64,000 nt of DNA, taken from positions 17,794,001 to 17,858,000 of the forward strand of contig NC_135668.1 in the NCBI RefSeq assembly GCF_964188315.1. The letters are read 5' to 3'. Both the position numbers and the translations under genes were made by a program. Position 1 is the stretch's first letter; each line of letters starts with the position of its first letter. This DNA is from Podarcis muralis. Lineage: Eukaryota. Below, piece after piece: positions 50,987 to 62,322 of this stretch. The notes beneath the pieces were generated by a model. It was not told the origin of the DNA, did not search any database, and saw only the letters and a list, made by a program, of their open reading frames with translations.

Positions 50987-51216
50987 CAGTGGTACCTCGG
51001 GTTACAGATGCTTCAGGTTACAGACTCCGCTAACCCAGAAATAGTACCTCAGGTTAAGAACTTTGCTTCAGGATGAGAACAGAAATCGCACGATGGCGGC
51101 GCAGCAGCAGCAGTGGAAAGGCCCCATTAGCTAAAGTGGTACCTCAGGTTAAGAACAGTTTCAGGTTAAGAACGGACCTCCAGAATGAATTAAGTTCTTA
51201 ACCCGAGGTACCACTG
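50987..51216 (+). mobile_element. Family A MITE
   Basis: TIRs; the right TA is mutated. Confidence 0.9.
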
Positions 51217-52336
51217 CACAGGCACTCCCCCTCCCCCCAATGCACGAGCACATATACATGTGGCACAGGGAAATAAATATTGATTGGCTGCTCCTATCTG
51301 TGGCTCAGATCCCCACTCCTTGCACTGTGGGGCGTGTGTACACCCACACACCCATTAACAAAATGAAGGACATCGTCCTCTTTCTATGCTCCTCCGGATG
51401 GAAACATGCAGATGGGGACAGGTATACCCCTGCTTTAAGTCGTTTACATACTGTCTTCTCTTGTATATTATTTAACTGCAAAGCTTGATGACTACACTCT
51501 TTTGCGACGAAAAGTCTGATTACCGGAACGACGCCTGAGCACTGAACCACTGGTATATCACAGGTGGACTCTTTATTACTGCATTTGCAATTGTTCAAGA
51601 TAACATCTAATTTGGAAAGGGAAGAAATGAGCACTGAGCCACTGATGTATTTACAAGTGCTCTATTTACTGCATTTGCAGTTGTTTAAGTATGATAAAAC
51701 CTATTTTGGAAAGAAACTACTTTTGCCATTTTTATGGACATTTATTGTTTGTTTTGAAGATAGTTGCCTAAGTGATATTGTCTTATGTCGATAGAGATAG
51801 GCAGGGGGAAGGGACCGGAACATATGGGATCGGCATCCGTCTGCTGTGCCGCTGGGTCCTAAAGCAGCTCTTGGCACCCTAGAGAATAGGCGCCCCAGTG
51901 CGCCACTAGCTGCACAGCCCCGGGCCAGTGGGAGAGGCGCAAATCCATCTCCTAACAACATGGGGTTGGTGCGCGGAAGAGAAGAGGGGTTGTGGGGAGA
52001 GAGTGTGAGGAGCTGAGCCGATTGGGGAGGCTGAGGGCAACAAGAGCTGCTGGGACAAAACAGAGATGGGAGGAGGAACTTAAAGAAGTGAACAACTGCT
52101 GCCCGGAAGTCGCTTGGGGCTGCTGCCCTGGAGAGACTGGAGGGAAGGCTTGGGGCAGCAGCCCTAGCAGTGTACTTGAGTCTCTCTCTCCCTCCCTCTC
52201 TGCCTCTCCCTCTCACTCCTCATCCTGCACCTTCCTCGTTCAAGTGGCGTGCTCCCCACTTTACGAAATTTCACTTACATGCGCAGATGTCCAGAATGTG
52301 ACCTCTGCCTAAGTGGGGGAATGCCTGTATATAGAT

Positions 52337-52680
52337 CAGTGGTTCCTAAAGTGGGTGGTAGCACCCCTAGGTGGGATTACCTAGGGGGGGATGCAAAGAA
52401 GCAAGGGGTGAACATTGGGGGGCGTGGCGTGCTGGAAGTGTAAACGACTTGAAAAGCTAGTATCAGTGGATCAAGTTCATCAATTTTGTCGAATTGATTC
52501 ATTGTTTAAAATGTGTTCTGAATAAATGTGCACTCTCTTGAATTTTTATTGCGTTATTTTCTTCCTTAGTGGTTTGTGCAAACCACCATTCTGAATAATG
52601 CTATTTATAGGGTAGGGGGTATTGGGGAGGAGTTTATGTAACCACAGGGGCGGTGGTACAAAAAAGTTTGGGAACCACAG
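52337..52680. mobile_element. hAT-Charlie-like relic
   Basis: CAGTGGTTCCTAAA...TTTGGGAACCACAG ends; TSD not intact. Confidence 0.6.
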
Positions 52681-53507
52681 TCGATTAGTTGTGGGGTGGG
52701 GGGACGACTTGTGGGCCCAGTCACTCTGCATCTGAGTCTGCAAGCCTGCCTAGCTCACTTATCCAAAAACCTAAATTCTGTTCTACCCCTAGAGTGTGAC
52801 CTCCTTATTTCCACTTCAATTTGTTTCTCTTTATTGCAGCCCATCCTTCACAGTTGGATTTGGCAGTATATGACTCCATTGTGATTCCACATTAGTAAAT
52901 TTTATGTGTAGATCCCTGTTTCCACTCCTTAGGTCGCTACCAAAGTATAAGAAGGGCCCCAGGATTGCTCCTCAAGGAACTCTACTGGTTGCTTCATTGC
53001 GGTTTTGTCTTTCAACACTGCTATTTGTCTTCTTTCCTTCTAACCTTCTCTATTCCCTAATTCCCAGTGTCTGTATCAATGCCCATCTTTTTTCTGTTTT
53101 CTCATACTATCAGGTGCTCTGTGGAAGTTTGTACTAAGAACACTTTTTCAGTAGTTCTGTCATCTGTTTCAGCCTATATTGAAGCATGGTGCAGAAATGA
53201 GTAAACTTAAGCAGTATGTTCCATCAGCCTTAGAAGTACCGTCAACTGGCTGAAACATCTTCAGATACACGAGTTCTAAAGTAGCAGCATTGGCATGTCA
53301 TATAATTGTTTTATTTTATGGACGCAGAAGTATCTTAGATTGCCATCTCTGTGTTGAATTGACTGCTGTCTAATTAGTGCTGTGCCATCAGATGAAAAAT
53401 ATGGTAAATGGTTATTGCCTACTGACAAGAATAGGTCAAGGACAGCAACCATCACAATTTCAAACCCTTGTAAATAATCCTGGAAATTCTGCAAAGAGAA
53501 AAATATA

Positions 53508-53759
53508 CAGTGGTACCTTGGTTTACAAACTTAATCCATTCTGGAAGTCCGTTCTTAAACCAAAGCATTCTTAAACCAAGGCATGCTTTCCCACAGCAGC
53601 GGGGGACTCAATTTACAAATGGAACACACTCAACAGGAAGCAAAACATGTTCTTATTCCAAGGCAAAGTTCATAAACCAAAACACCAACTTCCGTGTTTG
53701 CAACGTCCTTAATCCAAGTTGTTCATAAACTAAGCTGTTCTTAAACCAAGGTACCACTG
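53508..53759. mobile_element. Mariner-pogo MITE, family D
   Basis: TA|CAGTGGTACCTTGGTTTA...TAAACCAAGGTACCACTG|TA. Confidence 0.9.
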
Positions 53760-55090
53760 TACTACGAATCAGAAAGAAAGAAAGGGATAAAATAAGTGTT
53801 CCTGGCTTGGTATCCTCTGGATATTGTTGGACTACAACTCCCATCACCCCTTGCTGGCGAAGGCTGATGGGAGCTTTAGTCCAACGACATCTGGAGGATA
53901 ACAGGTTGGAAAGGCTGCTCTTTGCAAATGTTTGTTGAATGCTATGCTTTTGCACTTGCTCCAAACGATATTTCACCCTCAGTAGTGTTTAGTAGGCTGC
54001 TGCTGTTATAAAATTTATTTTTTGCTCTCTCTTCCCATATTTTATTGGGTGCTTAATATCCAGGCCAGTAAAGATTGCAAAACTCTTTCCATTCTAACAG
54101 TTAACCTCTTGGGTTGAAATTTTCCATACTTCTGGACTGAGTTCAGATTGCTGTAACTGAGTGCAATCCAGAGCTATTAAAACAAACGGGAGTTCTGCCA
54201 CATTGGCTTCAATGGGATCAGGGTCGTTTGCATCCATAGGTTGCTGTTTTGCCCAGCGATGGATAACTTTTCTCAACTTGATGTCAGTGACATTCTTTTA
54301 TCATTTATAGTGTTCCAATTCTCTGCTTTAAAGCACTAGCATACTTTGTAATAAATCTGTAATGGTCTATAATGTCTTGAATATTTTAAATGTGGGTTAA
54401 TGATAGAGAGGATGCAAGCAATTTATTAATTGTCTCAATCTCATATTGGGTCCCAATGTTATACAGTTATTTGCTGAGACGTGTGGTAGATTTATTGCAG
54501 CTGGTGCGGGTGGGGTGAAATCTGGAATAAAACCGCAATGGGGGGGAGGGTTTAATCTGGATTAGAACCATGTTGAGGACAAATGTTTACATTTCTTCCT
54601 CCCCTCACCCATGCTGTGGTCTTGATCAGGACTGTGCCTGCATAGCATAACAGCAGCATTATGCAAATCATTAAAAATTGCATCATTTGTTCCTAAATCA
54701 TTTCCTTCATATATTCATACTTTTATTGACAGTATTGTACAGTACTTACTTACCCTAGTGTTGCAAGCTTGGAAGCCAACGCTTCTCTCAGGAAGCATTC
54801 ATGTAAGGGCTAATATTAGGATTTATTCAAGTATTCCCACAGGCTTTGTAATAGGAGAATACAACTCCTATTTTTCACCCCGGGACCACTGTGCCAAGTT
54901 GCAGACCTGGGATTTTCCAGAAGACCTATTTGTTGAGCATTTATCCTGATCGCATGGGAAGAAAAGGGTTCCTTTAATCACAGTAGAACACAGAAAATTC
55001 TTTACCTCCCTTGCTCTTCCCCTTTCCGCCCTTCATGTTCTCTGTTTTTGCTCTGTCCCAGCCCTTAGCATGGCTTTTTCCAATCCCGAT

Positions 55091-55235
55091 AATAGAATTG
55101 TAGAGTTGGAAGGAACCCCAGGAGTCATCTGGTCCAAGCCCCCGCAATGCAGTAATCCTGCCCACAGCCGTCCCTGGGTGGGCTCGAACCCCCAACCTTC
55201 GAACCACCACCAGGCGCACTGACCCATTGCGCCAC
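55091..55235 (-). mobile_element. Short tRNA-head / CR1-tail SINE
   Basis: Minus strand reads gtggcgcaatgggtcagtgcg...ggttcgagccc then ggaccagatgactcctggggttccttccaactctacaattctatt, a typical CR1 3' end. Confidence 0.65.
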
Positions 55236-55407
55236 AACTAAATCTTTGACCATTTCCTCCCCCCTCCTTGCTATTTCTCTCCCGTCACCTCCCTCTTCCT
55301 CCTCCCAGCATCTAGCCTTGCTCTTTCTCTCTCCACCACCACTTATGCTCCATGTACGCCTTTCTCTGCGTGCCAAGTGTGTGTCTCTGAATTAAGTGTG
55401 CTCTAGT

Positions 55408-55736
55408 CTGTGGGTTAAACCACAGAGCCTAGGAGTTGCCGATCAGAAGGTCGGCGGTTCGAATCCTCGCGACGGGGTGAACTCCTGTTGCTCGGTCCCT
55501 GCTCCTGCCAACCTGGCAGTTCAAAAGCACGTCAAAGTGCAAGTAGATAAATAGGTACCGCTCCAGCGGGAAGGTGTTTCCGTGCGCTGCTCTGGTTTGC
55601 CAGAAGCGGCTTAGTCATGCTGGCCACACGACCCGGAAGTTGTATGACGGCTCCCTCTGCCAATAAAGTAAGATGAGCGCCGCAACCCCAGAGTCGGCCA
55701 CGACTGGACCTAATGGTCAGGGGTCCCTTTACCTTT
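55408..55736 (+). mobile_element. Sauria SINE, slightly 5'-truncated, ~225 bp upstream of the 55962 exon
   Basis: Consensus match, with short TAGTCT flanking repeats. Confidence 0.92.
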
Positions 55737-55961
55737 AGTCTACCACGACCTCTGGCCCCACCTTTCCCCAGCTCCACCTGCTGTAAGCTGCCCTGCCTTG
55801 TTCTTCACCCCTTCAGCCCCAGTAGTCAGCTGCCCCTGCTGCAGAGCCTCCCCCTTGGTCACACGCCATAGCAGGTCTTGCAGATGGGTACTCACGCTTC
55901 TGGATGTGTTGGGCTTTCCTTTTTCAGCAGCCGTAATACGATCTCATCTAATCTTTTACAG

Positions 55962-56081
55962 ACGAGAGCAGAACAGTCCCAAGGTGCATACTTCTTGCCT
56001 GAGTTTGCATTATCACCACAAGGAAGCTTCTTGGAAGACACCACAGGAGAACAGTTCCTCACCTACCGCTACGACGATCAG
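55962..56081 (+). CDS. ADAMTSL3: ADAMTSL3 second coding exon, 120 nt, phase 0-0
   Basis: Acceptor atcttttacag| and donor CAG|GTTTGT. It translates to TRAEQSQGAYFLPEFALSPQGSFLEDTTGEQFLTYRYDDQ, which I recognise as the ADAMTSL3 N-terminus (human recalled as TTAEKSPGAYFLPEFALSPQGSFLEDTTGEQFLTYRYDDQ). Confidence 0.95.
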
Positions 56082-56224
56082 GTTTGTCTGCTGAATATGA
56101 AAATTATGGAGCTCTTTTTAATCTTTCCAAGGGAACAATGGGGCATGTGTGCTCTCAAAGCAGGCCTGTTATCTTAATGTCTGGTGCAGTATTTATAAAG
56201 GGACAAACAGCAGTTTTAATATTA

Positions 56225-56391
56225 CCGTATTTTTCCGTGTATAAGACGCCCCCATGTATAAGATGACCCCAGTTTTTTGAGCCCCAAAATAAGAAATAAA
56301 TAATTGTAACATTCCATGTATAAGACAACCCCCAATTTTAAACTTAAAAAAATTGGGGGGAAATGTAGTCTTATATACAGAAAAAATTCAG
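56225..56391. mobile_element. TcMar-Tc2-like MITE 143 bp downstream of the 120-nt exon
   Basis: TA|CCGTATTTTTCCGTGTATAAGAC...GTCTTATATACAGAAAAAATTCAG|TA. Confidence 0.8.
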
Positions 56392-56953
56392 TATTTAGTT
56401 TTACTTGTGGGCTTCATTCTTTGATGAAATAAAAAAAAATTAAAAATGGCACCAAGAGCAACATTACAAAAGCCAAAAGTTATAAAACCTAATGCAAAAC
56501 AAAGATGTTATAATGTGAAATATATATAGAAAAGTATTTGTACAAATAGCTTTGCTAATAGAAAAGATACAGGGAAAAGCAGGAGACGCAAAAAGGTATG
56601 TAGAATTGGGTCAGGAATAGTGCCAAACCATGGTTTAGTGCTCCTAAATGTGCCATTTGTATGCATGTTCCTCCTTCCCTCATGTGCTATGATACTCTTC
56701 CTGCCTGTCAGCAAACAAATTGGATTTTGGAACCAAAGCTAGTGTAGTGTAGTGTCTAACTAAGGTTTGGCCATAATATCGCACAACAGTTTAATAGACA
56801 ACTATAGAAGGGGAAATTGCATCATAGTCAGAGGTGGTCCTACCACCTAACAAGATCATCTCAGCTGACAGGTTTGGGACACAATTACATGTGCAAAAGC
56901 TATTATGACATTGACTAGTGCAAGTTCTCTTGAAATGAGTGCAAGAAGCACAG

Positions 56954-57402
56954 TGTCAGGGAACTGCCATCGGCTCAGGGGCGAGAGAAGAGAAGCCAGG
57001 TGGATTACAGAGAGCCCCCAAAGATCGTGGGAACTTCCTCAGTGGAGGAAGGTAGCCACGCCTCCAGTGGAGTGGAGATGCAGGGCTCAGAGGAGGTGAG
57101 GCGGTGCCAGGACACCTTGCCTGTGCAAAGCGGGGAGGAGAGAGGTCCCCCGTTACCCACGCCTTCCTTGCGCAGTAGGCTTCCGCGCAGAGAGGGAAGG
57201 CGCAGACTGGGCGTCAAGAAACTACTCTGCTGGGGAAGGTTTAAGGACCGCCCACTCTCAGATTCTGCCAGTGAATGAGCAAGACACGGAATAGAGGCGG
57301 TCTGCATTCTAACGGTTTTTATCACCAATAAGTAATCTTTAAAACAGACTATTGAAGCATATTGCCTAATTGCTCTATAGCAACCAACCGATACCTCTAA
57401 CA
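56954..57402 (+). mobile_element. Solo LTR (Gypsy-like or ERV)
   Basis: Starts TGTCAGGG and ends CTAACA, with an exact 5-bp TSD CACAG at 56949 and 57403. Confidence 0.85.
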
Positions 57403-57599
57403 CACAGCAATGTGGCTTGAGCCCTAGAGCATCTTCTGAATTGTACTTTGCTCAGAGGCGGTACTGTTTGGATTTCCCCACCCTTGGTACCAAGACGACC
57501 TTGTCATAGATCATTCAACTTTTCCGGCACTTGCCTGTTTAGCATCTTGGGAAGGCCAAATCTGATTGCGTTCCTAATGCAATTTGAAGTATGTGTAGC

Positions 57600-58127
57600 T
57601 TGTAGGGAAAGACCTGCCAAAGAAGCTGAAAAATATATTCATGTATGCAACAACGGCGGTGAGAGTCTTGATAGCACAAGGATGGAAGACTGAGGAAACT
57701 CTGACGAAAGAAGTATGGCAAGAGAAGCTGATGGACTATGCAGAATTGGCAAAACTGACACATAAACTACGTGACAAGGATAACTGTGACTTTAAAGATG
57801 AATGGGAACCTTTTACAAAGTACTTAAAGACGCAACAAAGTGAATTGGACTCCTTGGCAGGTTTTGAATAAAGAGTCACAAACTTTTTCTTGATAACAAA
57901 CAGCTAGACAAATTAAGGATCTATACAAATCTGTAACATGCAGAAAATAGCATTTTATAGAGAAAGCAGAGACTGGAACTGAGGGAAGTTGGGGTGGGGT
58001 GGGGAGAGTGGGTTGTTTTATGGGAGGGAGGGGGGAGGGGGAAAATCGGGGGGAATTAAGGATGGTATATTTTAGATAATATGTTTTGTTTAAATTTTTA
58101 ATAAAAAATCTATTTAAAAAAATGAAT
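57600..58127 (+). mobile_element. L1 LINE 3' fragment (ORF2 C-terminus, G-rich 3'UTR, A-rich tail)
   Basis: VGKDLPKKLKNIFMYATTAVRVLIAQGWK...W.EKLMDYAELAKLT...W..F.KYL resembles non-mammalian L1 ORF2 ends. Candidate TSD TATGTGTAGC at 57590 and 58128. Confidence 0.85.
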
Positions 58128-58865
58128 TATGTGTAGCAAGGAGCTGTATTGATGCCTGGTTTAAAAAGCCAATTGCCTTTTCTGAAAAGGAATTTCTTGA
58201 AACACCTTCCACAAGGTGCAGCCCATAGCAGATGGTAAGCTAATTCTTGTGTTCTGTTTTTTATGTAGCATTTTGAGTAAATGCGGTTTCCTTAACAGAG
58301 AATTGTTCATTTTTACTGGATAAATTTATATCTGAAATGAACAGATTTTCATTTTACACTTTCACAGTTTTTGTTTATGTTGAGCTTGTTGAAGTACAAC
58401 GTTAAAAAAGTTAAATTGTAAAGAGAGGGTAGTAATGGATGAAGCAGGGAGTCTGGAAAATAACAAACCGTGTTTCTTATAATTAAACCAGCAGTGCGTA
58501 CTCCAGAAGCCATAGATACATTACACTAAATGTGGAATAGATATAATGGCAAAGAAAGCAACATGAAAGGGACCCTGTTAATCTTGGCAGACGATCTAAA
58601 GTAAACCTAGGAAGTGTGTGGCCTGCTGTGGAAATTTACTCATAACACAATGTGTCCCAGAATCCCATTGAACTCCACATCAAAACAATCAGAACTGCAT
58701 TCATGGGTATTTAAAGCACATTGCTAGTGCAATCTGAATAATGCAGAGATTTATAGAACAATGGGAAAGAGGATGGTTTGTCTCTCACACCCAGCACCAT
58801 TTCTGATCACACAGCATCTTGGCTTCTGGACATTCTGTTGTTGGGAGACCACACTTCACACCTTA

Positions 58866-59199
58866 CCGTATTTTTCTGTGTATAAGACTATTTTTTTCTG
58901 ATTTTTTGTGATAAATTGAGGGCCGTCTTATGCACGGGTTAATATGCTAAGTAAGCGAGGGCTGGTGCTGCAGCGGTAGCAGGGAAATGGTGGAGAGGAG
59001 GCTGCTCTTCCCGTCTTAGGAAGAGTATTTGGTGAGTGCCAGTGTCCGGTGTGTTATGGCACCAGTTCAGAGTGGGGTATCATCGAAAAGCTGCTCAACA
59101 GCTTAGCAAACTTACAAAAGAAGCTTGACAACTGTTGAGGGCTCCCAAAAATAGGGGTCATCTTATACATGGGGTCGTGTTATACATGGAAAAATACGG
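58866..59199. mobile_element. TcMar-Tc2-like MITE
   Basis: TA|CCGTATTTTTCTGTGTATAAGAC...TATACATGGAAAAATACGG|TA. Confidence 0.85.
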
Positions 59200-59528
59200 T
59201 ATGTGGTGTTGAGAGGGTGGTGATGTGGTATTGGATTGCTAGTTAGCTCCAAAATCCTCAAGGGCAAAATCCTAATCAGGGCTAAGGTGAAAGCTCTCCA
59301 TTTAGTAGTGTGTGTGTGTGTGTGTTTGTGTGTAGCATTGCCTATTGATTTTATTGACCTCTCTTGTGCACACTGTCGGTATTTTTGTTGGTATTTTGTA
59401 TTTTGTTGGTATTTTGTTAAAGAATAAAAGGAGAATTCCCTGGATGCCAAGATCCAGCTTTTTGGTGAGAGAACCCCAGCAGAGATTTAAAATCACGAAA
59501 TATGCTGCAAAGTAAAGCCATTAGACAT

Positions 59529-59817
59529 GAGCCAGCGTGGTGTAGTGGTTAAGAGCAGTGGACTTGTAATCTGGTAAACCGGGTTCGCTTCCCTGCTCCT
59601 CCACATGCAGCTGCTGGGTGACCTTGGGCCAGTCACACTTCTCTGAAGTCTCTCATCCTCCCTCACCTCACAGAGTGTTTGTTGTGGGGGAGGAAGGGAA
59701 AGGAGAATGTTAGCCGCTTTGAGACTCCTTTGGGTAGTGATAAAGCGGGATATCAAATCCAAACTCTCCTCCTCCTCCTCCTCCTCCTCCTCCTCCTCCT
59801 CCTCCTCCTCCTCCTCC
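59529..59817 (+). mobile_element. tRNA-head SINE (Squam2/Squam3-like class) with (CCT)n tail
   Basis: gagccagcgtggtgtagtggttaagagc head with A/B-box-like motifs. Related copies lie at 34107-34329 (-, CTT tail) and 41747-41875 (+, 3'-truncated). Confidence 0.85.
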
Positions 59818-60597
59818 TTTAAAATAGCCCCTTCTAAGTCACTTACAAAGCTCCCCACTGTTAGAATAGAAATGGACCGCACTTTGGGTAAGTTAAAAAT
59901 GGTTTGATTACAAACTTTTCAAATGTAAGATTCAATTCCTTTTCAATACAGTTGCAAGAAAAGACTTAGTTTCAAAATTGGTAAATGTTTACAAATTATT
60001 TGTATAGAAACACAAAGACTGTTTGCTTAAACTGTGTGGTCTGAGCTTGGAGCAGCCAGCCTAGACATCCTTCCTGATTGGGTTCACGTGGTGGAAAGGG
60101 AAGAAAAGAAGAAAAATGAGTTTGGTAAACCTTCCTTCCAAGGTGAGGGAGTGTGACCTAGCTAATCTTGGCAGGACAGCTTCCTCTGTGCTCTTAACCC
60201 CTTCATGCATTAATTAGAGTTAAGCATTTTGGTTGTATGAGGCTGATTTACCCCACTCACGCTGTATTAATTGTGTATATTTGCTTCGGTGATGCCATCA
60301 AGTAGCCAAATCTTCTTCTCCACATAATGTGGTGATGTCATCCACTTTACAATAGTGAGTGATTGGCTGGTATCTCTCATGTGAATACATTGCCCTTACA
60401 CTCAATTAACTAGTGTGCCTGCAGTGATGTCATTCTGTAGCCAAATCTGATTGGCAGCATGGCACCATGACATTGCCCTGTTCTTTCCATGACACCTGAT
60501 CAGCTGGGATCACCCATGCCACAAATCCAGGAGGGAGACAGAAGCAGTAATCCATAAGGATAAATGCGACCTACTACTACTTATTAATTATTATTAA

Positions 60598-60959
60598 GGG
60601 ACGCGGGTGGCGCTGTGGGTAAAACCTCAGTGCCTAGGACTTGCCGATCATATGGTCGGCGGTTCGAATTCCCGCGACGGGGTGAGCTCCCGTCTTTTGG
60701 TCCCAGCTCCTGCCCACCTAGCAGTTGGAAAGCACCCTTAAGTGCAAGTAGATAAATAGGTACCGCTTTCTAGCGGGAAGGTAAACGGTGTTTCCATGTG
60801 CTGCGCTGGTGCCGGCTCGCCAGAGCAGCTTCGTCATGCTGCCCACGTGACCCGGAAGTGTCTCCGGACAGCGCTGGCCCCCGGCCTCTTAAGTGAGATG
60901 GGCGCACAACCCTAGAGTCGGACACGACTGGCCCGTACGGGCAGGGGTACCTTTACCTT
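60598..60959 (+). mobile_element. Sauria SINE of a different subfamily
   Basis: Same head, divergent body and tail (ccggacagcgctggcccccggcctc...gcaggggtacctttaccttt). 23-bp TSD TACTACTTATTAATTATTATTAA at 60575 and 60960. Confidence 0.93.
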
Positions 60960-62097
60960 TACTACTTATTAATTATTATTAATAGCAGTTGGGGAGAAAG
61001 GGAGCACTTAGAATCTTTGAGCATGTTTGAACTTCTGCTCATGCTTTTGGAGATGCTGTTGAGTTATAAAAGCCCAGTACTTCTTGCTTGGGTTTACCCT
61101 AGGGGTTTCTGATTCAGATGACATGTACCCTGTTCTAGACACCTGGGAAAGTAATAATATATCAAGCAGTAAAACACAGCTGCAATATGGGCCACGTTTA
61201 TGACAGTCTTGTTAAAAGGAAAAGTGGTTGCTTTTTGATCAAAAGAGTTTAACTGAACGGAGAGATATTTGGATGAGGAGGCAGTAAAGCCCAATTTAAT
61301 CAAACATGTTTTGGAAACCGCAAAGCATATGTCAGTGCTGAAAGGAGATAAAGAGCACGATCCATTGGACAATAATGCCTGTGAAGGTGTTGAAAAAAGA
61401 TTTCTTTCATTTTCAGTCTGGGGCGAAATCAGAGCCATAAAATACATTATTTGCAAAGCCAGCATTTGAGTGAGTCAGCAATTGCTCGTCCCACTCGCCA
61501 GTTTCACAGAAAAGGGACTTTGCAAACTATCCTTTTCTGCGCAGTTTCCCCCTCGCTCTCATTTCAATATTGCCATTTCTGCAACTCAACATTCACTTCC
61601 TTTATTTTATAATTTTAAATAATTTTTTCAAGATGGCAATTTTGCTTAAGAAAAGGGGAAGGCTTCTACATAATGTAACCTGGACTTCCATTCCTGAGTT
61701 GGTATGTAACCTGTTTAGAATAATGCCTCTACTTCCACACCTTTCAGAAAGCATTTGCTACCCTAAAAGACTTACTGTTAGTGTGAAATGGGAGACAAGT
61801 AAAATATTAATAGGAACAACTTGTGCTCTGTTCTGTTGTAGCAGTGTTGCATATGGATTCATGTTCTCCTCTCATAGTTCATTATGCACTCCTTTGGTCT
61901 GGCAAGAGTGTGCTTATGGTTTTAAGCAAGGCTGTATAAAAACCTTTTTACGCTGTCTTGTAGGTATTAAGGAACTACATGCAGATGGAAAGGTTTGCAG
62001 TTCTACACGCTCATATATTATCAAATAACTGGGTGGGGGAAGTAATAGTGATTTGCCAAGGCAGTATCTCTGTAGGGCCTGTTTCATAGTAGGAATA

Positions 62098-62322
62098 CAG
62101 TGGTACCTCTGGTTACGAACTTAATTTGTTCCAGAGGTCTGTTCTTAACCTAAAACTGTTCTTAATCTGAGGTACCGCTTTAGCTAATGGGGCCTCCCTC
62201 TGCCACCGGCCACCGCCATGCGATTTATGTTCTCATCCTGAGGTAAAGTTCTTAACCTAATGTACTATTTCCGGGTTAGCAGAGTCTGTAACCTGAAGTG
62301 TTTGTAACCCAAGGTACCACTG
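62098..62322 (-). mobile_element. Family A MITE
   Basis: Reverse orientation, TA-flanked. Confidence 0.88.

Noticed and set aside
51483-51540. Box C/D snoRNA-like pattern (TGATGA...CTGA...CTGA)
   Set aside because: It spans only ~54 nt, has a 2-bp terminal stem and no C' box, and I recognise no rRNA or snRNA complement to the guide.
59493-59907. ORFs with poly-Glu / poly-Ser
   Set aside because: They are translations of the (CCT)n SINE tail.
60598-60680. tRNA-like A/B boxes here and in other SINE heads
   Set aside because: They continue into SINE bodies and lack a complete cloverleaf, so they are not tRNA genes.
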